This document shows, one piece after another, positions 55,901 through 64,000 of a stretch of 64,000 bases of DNA. The position numbers and the translations under genes are program-made. This stretch comes from Raillietiella orientalis. Lineage: Eukaryota. Position 1 is the first letter of the stretch; the number at the start of each line of letters is the position of its first letter. The notes below the pieces were generated by a model. It worked only from the letters and a program-made list of their open reading frames with translations, had not been told where the DNA came from and made no database searches. The stretch is from contig JAYWIR010000015.1 of the NCBI GenBank assembly GCA_036172245.1, forward strand, positions 1,984,001 through 2,048,000, read 5' to 3'.

Positions 55901-58900
55901 GAACGTTGGGCAAACGAGTGAAGGGTCCGCCGCCGATGTCCTGAGAGTCGAGGAGGAAGACGCTTTCGGAGGCTGGATGGGAACCTGCTCGGAGACCAGG
56001 GACGGGCATTCTGTCCGGGTTTGAATCTCACCGCCTCTCTGATCGAGGAAAGACTGCGAATCGGTCTCGGAAGACGCGCGCCATCGCAGGGTGTGAATAC
56101 CGGGGGTAACGGCAGGCTCACGGGAGTCCCAAGTCGCGCTGGAACCGACGGCGGAAGGAACGCCCACTGTGTCGGCGGAGGAAACCCTGAAAGAGCGAAG
56201 GGAGGTTGCTCGTTCCGACAGCTCCGGAGACCCCCACCCCAGTTGTCTGGATTCCGAGAACTCGCCGGAAGGCGTTCCTTCGCCTGGCGATGGCAGGTGG
56301 GGGGTCCTGCTAGTCAGCCTCGCCAACTCGTGGGCGTCGGGAGACCAGAGCGGGAGGCGTCGGGATGAGCTTCCTTCGAGAAGTGACCGTTTCCAGACGG
56401 CCGCAGAAATTGCTGTGATCAATTGGGAGCGTTCTTGCTCATCCCGGTTGAGAAAGGAGGGCTCCTGCCAAGAAGGAAGCTGCAGAGGCAGCCAGCGACA
56501 GTCCAAAGGAGAGTTTCGAGCAAGCCCTTGTCCTGCACACACGCATGCGCTCGGGAACACGCACGCACGCTCACGTTCACACGTAGTAGCTACGAGGCCC
56601 CGGGACCCTAGCAACCCTTTTCTCCCCAGCGCCTTCTCTGGGCTTTCCTCCGCCTCGGTGCAAGAGGAAACCTTGATCTCTCCTCGAACGGTCCGCGAAG
56701 AGCGTCGGCGCTGGTTTTATGAGCCGGTAGGTTGCGCCGCCGGAAGGGGAGCGCGACGTTTGCTGAGGAGGAACCAAGTTCCGAGGCGGTCCGTAGAGGT
56801 GGCAGGTGGTTCCAGCTAGCGGCTCTCCTCCGAGGCTGCGGCAGGGATGATGGAGCGATCGATCCGTGCCGGACGGAAGGCTATTCTCCCGAGGGAGGAG
56901 GTGGAAGACCATCCCGGGGAGGTCAAAACGGCTCGGTCAGGAGGGCCTCTGGAGGGGGAGATCCGGGGATGACGACGGAAGCGAAAGCGCCGTGGGAACT
57001 CGAAAGGCGGGCCAGGATGTCTCTGGATGCAGGGTCAAGGACCGGGTCTTTCGCCTACAGGGGTGCGGCAGGGTGCCTTCCGAAGGCACGAGAAGGTTGC
57101 CCTGGAAAGACTCCCCTTGCTCCGCGCAAGGAACAAAAACGGACCGCAGAGGAGCAGGACTGAGGAGGAGGAGGAGAGACAGGAAGACACGTTGGTCGTT
57201 CGAGGCGGACGGAACACAACTGAGTGGTGCCCCTCGGGCGTCAGCAGTTAGAGTGTGGAGGGTAGCAGAGGTCGCCCAGGGAGAGGTGCACAACACGCGT
57301 GCGTTCTGCAGCGTGGGTCGGAAGAGCCGAACTTGAGTGCTCACGTCTGGGGGGACGGAAAAAGGAAGAGTCGGATGCGCTCGTCGTCGTGGAAGGGAGG
57401 AGCTGACCGGGGCAGGCGGGGATGCGAATTGTGTATGGAGAGGGAAATTTCGGGAACCTGCGCGAGAAAGGGGGAAGTTTGCTCCTCCCGGAACCCGTTC
57501 TCGGCCATGGATGAGGCGCTGGAAAGTCCTTCCCACTGGAACCCGGGGTCGCATGACGCAGACGCGTAGGTCCGGCAGTTGGAGGATAGAGATGGGCAGC
57601 TGGAACTCCGAGCATCTCCGTCCTGCCAGGGGTGACTCGGAGACCCTCCGAGCCACCCAGGAGTCGTGCCACTCTCCTCCAGACTGCCGTCGGGGACTTT
57701 CGTCCGCTCTGGTGGAAGGTAGCCTTGGAAACCCCGCTGGGGAAGCGTGCGGCAGCGGGACTTGCAGGGTGGCGGGAGCGAAGGTCGGTGGTCCCCGAAG
57801 GGTTCGCTCCTTTCCTGGTGAGGAGGAATGTACGCAGGAAGAAATGGGCTTCGAGGGTCCGCGGGTCGGGAAGCCGAGCGATCCCGACTGTCCTCCAGGG
57901 TCGTCGGATTCGCGTGGCACCTCGCAGGAAGCTGACTCCATCGTCTCCTGAGACTTCTGGCCAGCAAACGGGGTGAGGTCAGTCAGGAGCGCCCTTCTTC
58001 ATCCCGGATGAGGGAGAAGGATGCCTGATAGATAGAAAGCCCTCTCGCAGGAGCGGCATGGGGACGGGAATGCTCGGCTTTCCGGGTCTGGGAGAAGAGG
58101 CACGGCCTGGAGCGATGGGGAGGAAGGGACGAGGGAAGAGACGCTCGGGCTCAAAGGGCACACGGGAAGCTGATAGTGGCAACGGCTCGGAAAGGTCAGC
58201 CGCAAAGGAGGGTCGCGCGACAGAGACTCCCCGGACGTCGCTGGGCGGAAGCTGGTGACGTGAAGGGAAGCGGAGAGCGCGCGCGCCGGTTGCTCAGCAA
58301 CGACGAAGCTGGGCTTGGCAGGAATGCGCTACTCGGTAGAATGCCAGTCATTGCGGAGCAGCGACGTCGAAGGTCGCTCTCGCAGCGACGGGCATTTCTG
58401 AAACGAGCCACCGCGAGCGCCTACGAACGAACGATCCGATGTCGGGGAGTCGGATATTTTTTTTTTTTTTTTCACCCCCTCCTCTTTTGGGAGTCATCAC
58501 ACGAGCACGGCGATTCCATTGTTGCTTCTTCCCCCCCCCCCCCTTCCTCTTCCTTTCCCTTCTTCCCCCGTGGAGGCAGGGAGAAGGGAAGCAAATAAAT
58601 AAAAGGGGTGGGATTGTTCCACTGCATTGCAACTAGTAATCGAGTTGCGATGTGAGCAATGGCTGCGGAGCTCGGATTGCGACCGGCAGGGCGCGGATCC
58701 TTAGGGTGCTGCTGCTGCTGCTGCTTCGCGTCTAGTTGCGCCGGGACGTTCGTTGCGCCCCTGGGGTGCTCTTGGACGAGAGGAAGGAAACCAGCGCGTC
58801 CGCGAGAGGCCCTGATCCGGGGCCGCCGCGGAGCGAGGAGCAGCAGGCGAGCAGAGAGCATCCAAAGGAACCGGGTCCCGGAAAGGGGCGAGGGAGGGAA

Positions 58901-59902
58901 AAAAGGGGGAGGGATGGTAGATCCGAGATGCTTCCAGACGCGGAGCAAGGACGATTCTCTCTGGAGCTACATCTGACCCCAGCGTATCGTTTCCTGATCA
59001 TCCAAGAAACACGAGGGATGTGCCGCAGGGTCAAGCCGGGCGAACCACGCGTCGAGCACGAGTGTGATGCTGGGCAGATTAGCTATCGCCATCTTTCTGC
59101 AAGGATCTTGATACGCCCCTATCAGCAGTTCATCCCCATTCGCGGCCGGAGCGTTCCTCGTGAGGTGGTATTGAATCTCAATGAGCCGAGAGAAACCAGC
59201 ACCGTTGCCTGGCAGCGCCTCCCACGGGGGGCGGGTTGCGTCATCGTCCATCCGGACCGGCCTTTTTCCTGCTCTTTGGCCAAGGGATCTCGTTCGAACT
59301 CTCCCTCTCGTTCCTCCTTCCCAGAAGTCTGCTCGACCGCTCCTGCGTCCCAAGAAGACGGCGCGCTTCGGCACAAGGCAACCGTTGCCATGATGGGAGG
59401 GAACCCCGCAAAAAGCGGAAGAGAGATGCCCAGCGGGAAACCTAGCGAGCCCTAAGGCCTCCGGAGGATCTGACTTTCCAGGCGGGGTGTGTGGAACGTG
59501 ACTGGGCACTGGGCTCTCCTGCCCACGTCTACCCACTCGTCACCACGCAACCGTCTTTGGTCGATGAGAAGCTCCCAGCGGCACCCCCCACGAGCGGCAG
59601 TCAGACAAGGGGAAGACAAGGCGAGCATCCTCACTTCAAACAGGAACAAATCCTTCTGTTGCTGAGCGAGCCACAGGTGGTCGGGGGCGGCGAGCATCGT
59701 CCACTTCTCGAGCACCTTGCGGTACAACCTCTGGCAGTCCACGTACAAGGTCACCTCGTTCCCGCTGACGGAGATGGCCAGATGATGCCAATGGCCGTCG
59801 GCTATCCGGAAGGGAAATGTTTCCGCCATGACCACCTTGCTGTCCGCCTGGTACAGGAGACGTAGCTCGCCTCGGCGGCCGCTCGACTGGATCTCGAACA
59901 AC
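27999..59902 (-). CDS. NELL: NELL1/NELL2-like secreted glycoprotein (TSPN/LamG, coiled coil, VWC, EGF, VWC); 5'-partial
   Basis: Exons: 59902-59635 (TSPN: LFEIQSSGRRGELRLLY..ETFPFRIADGHWHHLAISVSG..YVDC); 50082-49927 (CPTCEEF plus coiled coil); 49806-49678; 35732-35639; 34958-34770 (VWC); 31190-31071, 31024-30785, 30737-30504, 30458-30342 (EGF/cbEGF, e.g. DINECLEEGG, DVDEC, DIDEC); 30294-30044, 30000-29782 (VWC); tentative last exon 28157-27999. All junctions are GT-AG and phase-consistent. No signal-peptide or upstream TSPN exon found before 64000. The alternative end is read-through to the TGA at 29776. Confidence 0.93.
31700..31900 (-). mobile_element. LTR-retrotransposon reverse transcriptase fragment
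   Basis: VHPDVLNLF...EILLPLGLKSAHVCVQ resembles the RT motif LPFGLKxAPxxFQ. Confidence 0.4.
34290..34660 (+). mobile_element. RTE-like LINE remnant
   Basis: KFLTIESLFQPGG...VRCRLAKA resembles FxYLGSxIxxDG...DIxxRIAKA. Confidence 0.4.
37980..38310 (+). mobile_element. RTE-like LINE remnant
   Basis: ISITKNGGSGDADQTR...ERETLSLK resembles SxITxxGGSxxDIxxR...GxETWxL. Confidence 0.4.
40478..40760. repeat. Left arm of a ~280-bp inverted repeat (partner at 43360-43641)
   Basis: Reverse complement of 43360-43641 with scattered substitutions. Both arms give the near-identical peptide KALIGxGTILINNPFPS..HISEAxPHIFL..TNSTRHERMDLKA on opposite strands in the ORF track. Confidence 0.92.
42500..42900 (+). 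mobile_element. Gypsy-like RT remnant
   Basis: RTNCQLKG..CLFGHHFIPGGV...KGVNYSR resembles KCxF..FLGHxISxxGV...FLGxVNYY. Confidence 0.45.
43360..43641. repeat. Right arm of the ~280-bp inverted repeat (partner at 40478-40760)
   Basis: See left arm. The outer ends align at ctagggc (40478) and the reverse complement of gcccaag (43641). Confidence 0.92.
43646..43696 (+). ncRNA. Degenerate type I hammerhead ribozyme-like motif
   Basis: Order: GAAG, CUGAAGA, C, GU..AC, GAAA, CAAGU-gcuuaa-ACUUG, AG, UUUC. Both core boxes, a 5-bp stem III and a 4-bp stem I are present, but the UH cleavage site reads AG. Confidence 0.4.
46990..47460 (+). mobile_element. Possible RTE-like LINE remnant
   Basis: IQNRDAAAA...LLRTFHTV..SIIKFGS..KRLQS loosely resembles RIxxAxxAF...YxTxVxxxLxYGSECW..KRL. 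Confidence 0.3.
47900..48410 (+). mobile_element. LINE reverse transcriptase remnant
   Basis: AVSIDFLRAL resembles (A)VxLDFxKAFD. The downstream PFKSREV..ILSLL resembles PFxxxRGVxQG..LSPLL. Confidence 0.4.
49887..49913. repeat. (AG)13 microsatellite inside the 120-nt NELL intron
   Basis: Read directly from the sequence. Confidence 0.9.
53800..54350 (-). mobile_element. Possible LINE RT remnant
   Basis: TDDSAGIS (YADD-like), MGPK/MNF (GLxIN-like) and FEVLGN (FKYLG-like) occur in order across frames. Confidence 0.3.
57400..57900 (-). mobile_element. Possible CR1/L2-like LINE remnant
   Basis: RTYASASCDP resembles LEYASxVWDP. Confidence 0.3.
58950..59300 (-). mobile_element. LINE RT remnant
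   Basis: CFLD plus frameshifted IRKRYAGV resembles FLDIRKAYDxV. It is preceded by a segment resembling LLxxxQxGFR. Confidence 0.35.
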
Positions 59903-62399
59903 CTGGAACATTGGGGGGAATTGTCGTCGTGCACGAGAGAGAAGGCGGCGGCTGAGCGCGGTCTCGCCCTCGCATGTTTCTTCGTGCCGTGGTCCTCAGC
60001 GGCCCCGTTAGGGGCCGTGGCTTTCTCGCCCGCGGGAAGCAACGGACCTTCCCCTTTTGGACCGAACGCTCCTCAAGGTGGCTCAATGCCGCTAGCTGCC
60101 AGTGTTACCTGACCGATTGTTGGCATGATTACCAGTGCCAGTACCACAATTCATGATATTACTGGCCACTGTTCCAAGTGTTCTTGCTGGCAGAAAGCAG
60201 CAGCAGCAAGATGCTCAGGCGCCTGCACGGAGCTCGGAGTCGAAAACTCCTTTCTGCCTGCCATCTGCGCGCGCATTTCCGCAGCTGCACGTCCGGAGTA
60301 TGCGGCCGACATTTCCGAAAGGCGGAGTTGGGAGCGACCGCCAGACGTGGAGGGACTGTCTCGAGAGAGGAACCGGAATTCTCCTCGGCGGATCTGACGG
60401 GAGGGGAGCACGAAGCAGACCCAAGCCCAAGCATCGCCTGGGGGTCGCTTCGTCTCTGACGAAGAGGACGGTGGAGAAACGACCCGGAGCTTTTCGGAGC
60501 GTCCACTAGTAGCGCTGAAGGTTCGGAATAGGCGAGAAGCGCTCGTTAGCGACACTCCTCACTTCCGCGCGATCATGAGGGCGCGATTGCCGTCTCTATG
60601 ACAACCGCGTCGATCTGGCATCGGTCGCCTTCCCCAGCCTAGCCAGCTGGAAAAGGGCGCGCTGGGCGCTTGCTGACAAGCGGCCCCGGACTGCTGTCGA
60701 GTAGATGTGGGATGGGGAAGGCCCCTGCGACCCCAAGACGATGGCGAGCGGTGGGATTCGAGGCGGTCAGCCGGGCTTCGGGTTGCGAAATCATCCCAGC
60801 GTCCGAGTATCTGCCCACCGCCCCACACGGTGCCGGTGGGGAATCCTAACAACGTAGATAGAGATCTCGACACCCCCCGTCAGCTCGCAAAGCCACGCGG
60901 GGTGGGAGAGTGGGAGGAGGTTGGCGTCTTCTGGGCGACCCAGTGAGAGGCTCAATTCGAAGGAAGGAGACAGCCGCAAGGGAAGGCCGCGCTGCTGTGT
61001 CTTCCACGAAGTTGCAGCCACATGAGACGCGGAGCGGAAGGGAGAGAGCTCTCCTTCATCTGAGGTCTCTCGTCGCAGGCAACGAGGCGACTGGTACAAG
61101 CGTGAAGCGACGGAAGGTTCGGTCGAAGGTTTGGAAGCCACCTGGAGAAGGACCGGTCCGCTGCACGTGGAGTCTCATCAGAGCCCTTATCCTGGTCACT
61201 CCAGTGGATGGGAGTGACCAGGATCCCAAGAGGATGCCAGGACTCGGGGTCCACGTTCCTCTCCGGAAAGAAAGCGCGCGGCTCGGATCGCCCACGAGAC
61301 GGTCCTCTGAGTTTCCGGGTCCTTCACGAGCCCCCTCGCTCCAGCGACGTGGGCTGAACCCACGGGAAATTGACCCCAAACGCCCCTCCCGCGCCCGAAC
61401 TTCCCCTCATCGTTCAGCTCGGGGCTTCGAGATGCTGGGCGATCGTCCATGGACCTCGACGAGGTGCGCCGCTGCAGCTCCGCGTCTCTCGCGCTGCACG
61501 AGGATGCTGCCGCCAAACCCGAAGTATCGGGGAACGAGCCGGAGGCGACGGTAGGAGGAGGACCCAACCACCCACCTCTGAACGGAGGGAGGAGGAGGAA
61601 GAAGGAAACGGTTCTTCTTACTCAGAGGGAAGCGATGCGCTGTTTCGGTTTCCGCGGCAACGGCACGGTACTGACGGGTTCCCTCCACCCCTGCGGGGCC
61701 GCTCTCCTCCCCGGAAGCTGCGTGCTCTCTTCCTGCCCCCAAACCCCCGCCTTCGAGAAAGAGGAGGAAGGCCGGGCTGAGGCCGACCTCTCCCCCACCA
61801 GGAAAGGCTACTCTTTCCTTGCGGCGGATGCGCGGGCAGCATCCCTCGAGGAAGGAAGAAGGCAAAAAAGGCTTTGCTCGCTCCCGCAGACGAATGTGCG
61901 AAAGAAAAATGAAGACGTTCTGAAATCCGAGCCGGAAGATTTGTTGTTCCTCAGACCATCCTGGGCGCAAATGGGTTCTGCGGAGCAGTCGCCGGAGTCG
62001 CGATGACAGCCAGTGACGAATGGGTCCAAATTTAGCTTCCGTAGGAGAGCGCCCTCATCCACGTCGTCGCGTTTCCTTGACGGGAGAGCACGCAGGGAAG
62101 AAAGAAACCCGGACCCAGTCCTCAGGATAGGACGAAAAAAAAATGGAGGTAGTGTTGCCCACGTCTGCCGTCGTTTGGCCGGTGCTTCTGGCCTTGGTCC
62201 CGGACTCTTCCCATCCGGGCTCCCCCAAGGGGAGAATAGGAAGGAAGCCGGGTTCCCCCAAGGTCCCGCGCGGAGCGAGGAAGCGATCCAATGGGTGAGA
62301 TGGAGAGCCCGCGGGAACCGGAGGCCAGAATGGCGGCCTATGTAGCGGCGCCAAGAGGACAGGGTGGGCGAGCGTCCCACCGAGCCGAGTTGGGAGGAG

Positions 62400-63560
62400 G
62401 AGGAGGAGGCGCGCTTCCGTAAAGCCAGCAGGCTTTACGGAAGCGCTAAGCGGCAGGCTTTCTCTGCGCACCAGGTGTGCACCTACGTCTGCTCAGTGCA
62501 CGGCAGGTGGTCTGGACGATGGGTGTGTGCAGAGCTTCGAGGCGGACATCACGTGTTCTTCTCTCAAGCTCGCAACGGAAGATGCTGCGGCCGGCAGCGA
62601 CCAGTACAGCATACACTTCCTGTCCTCTCCGAAGTTCCACCTCGCTGGTCCGCTCTGATTGCAAGAAGCGGCAGCTGCGCGCCCTCACTTCGACAGCCAG
62701 AAACGTTTCTGGGGCAACTGGAGGAGCCTCGTTCGGACGCGCGCCACTAGTTCTTCCCTTCCTCCTTTCGCTCCTCGAAAAATCCCTGGATCTGGGGAGA
62801 GCTGGGAAAATCGTTTTCCTCCCCGGCTCCTTGGGTGGGAGCTTGTGCCAGGTGTTCCATCTCACGGGATTTTCAGCACCGCGTTTCGGATCCTCAAGAA
62901 CGCCCACACTCCCTCACACCCGCCCACATGCCAGCAAAATCCAAGGAGGCTCCGACGAGGCGAACGAAGTCCAAGGAGCGAGGCTCCTGAGCCGGGAAAG
63001 CTTGGAGGACGCGACATTGTCCAGACGGAGAAGCAAGTCGCGGAGAAGGCGCCCAGCGCAGCGGACGGTCGCCTTCCCGACAGAGGGGAGCTCTGGTGGA
63101 AACGGACGCACGATCTGCAGATTGCCGGAATCCTCGGCCTTCCATCTGTCGTTGATTTGCGCCACCGAAATTTCCATTGCAGATCAACAAGTCAGACGCC
63201 TGCTATTATTAGCATCGGAAAAGGCACTCCTGCATCCACGTTTAATGAGACTGGCACGGAGCCATCCGAAGAATGCGTCCACCGTGATGATGAGCCGCGG
63301 AGTCATCATTCTTCGGGAGGATCTTCCCATCCTGCAGGCTTTTCGCAGATCGATCCGGAGAGACAGGAAGTTTCTTTTGAGCTCGGTGCCACCCGACGGA
63401 GGGGAGGAAGGGAAGCAGGTGGGGACTCACCCCTCGTCCCTGAACGCGCGGTTGAGATCTCTCCCGGATCACGTCTCGAAAATTTGGCCGCCTGTGTTCC
63501 CTCTTCCGTCGCTCCAAGGAGGAGGGGATGGAGATGTCCAGTCTTGAGTCCATCTTGCGT
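62400..63560 (-). mobile_element. Degenerate RTE-like LINE (RT core to C-terminal region)
   Basis: VQGRGVSPHL (VRQGxxLSPxL-like), then FLAVEVRARSCRFLQSERTSEV..EV and RCELERRTRDVR (AFEMWxxRRxLxIxWTxxVxNxEV / RxLxxxGHVxR-like), in the expected order. Confidence 0.45.
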
Positions 63561-64000
63561 CAGTACTCGGCAGACGCAGATTCTAAGTTCCGATTCAGAA
63601 TGAGGTCGCAGAAAACATTGAGGACAACAACGTAGCAGCTGCTCCAACAAAGCCATTCGCTGGGATCCTTTTGTCTCCTTCCTTTGGGCACCTCGTTGTC
63701 TTGGGAACTCAAGGGTGGAGGAGAAAGGACGGGAGAAACATTCTGAAAAGACACCTCCCAAAAGAAGGAGAAGTGCCTTTTTGATGCTCTGCTTGCGTTT
63801 CCTGCTTTAGGCGGTTCGCTGGCCACTGGAAATCCCTGCAACTGTCCGTCGGGAGAGCTCATTTCCCGGAAATCCAAGAACAACCAGATCGACTTGAATG
63901 TCCCGAGGAAGCACCGCCATCCATGAGACTGCCTGTAGCAGCAGCCGAGGAGGCCGTTTCTGGGAACTCGAAACGTCAGGGGGAATCTGCTTTGCAGGGC

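Noticed and set aside
60090..60230. Possible upstream NELL exon ending at CAG|GTAACA
   Set aside because: The frame required by the phase-2 acceptor at 59902 contains stops and shows no TSPN similarity.
54818..63761. Many 200-356 aa ORFs (e.g. 56937-57941, 62477-63547, 62659-63603)
   Set aside because: Same GC-rich artefact. Only the TSPN exon at 59635-59902 and frameshifted LINE motifs are recognisable.

Overview
This is animal (probably invertebrate/arthropod-like) nuclear genomic DNA. I did not identify the species. An AT-rich core (~16.4-31.2 kb) carries three spliced genes, reconstructed by hand from GT/GC-AG junctions and reading-frame continuity. (1) MYRF, minus strand: 16 well-supported exons at 16559-19922 plus an uncertain first exon. 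(2) GEMIN8, plus strand: 4 exons at 26400-27119. (3) A NELL1/2-type gene, minus strand: 12 exons from 59902 down to 27999, with its 5' exons outside the window. Most introns are only 38-56 nt (mode ~45), while the 5' NELL introns reach 9.5-14 kb. The flanks (1-16.4 kb and the large NELL introns) are GC- and CpG-richer and contain many degenerate retroelement fragments (RLE/NeSL-Utopia-like, L1/Tx1-like, RTE-like, CR1/L2-like, gypsy-like). Most long ORFs listed there look like artefacts of GC-rich sequence. The most notable non-genic signals are: a ~280-bp inverted repeat pair in a NELL intron, a degenerate hammerhead-ribozyme-like fold next to one arm, sharply bounded CpG depletion over the GEMIN8 gene body, a steep GC3 gradient along NELL, and recurring RFX X-box-like motifs. 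I found no tRNA, rRNA, snRNA or CRISPR array, and no clearly new multi-gene system.
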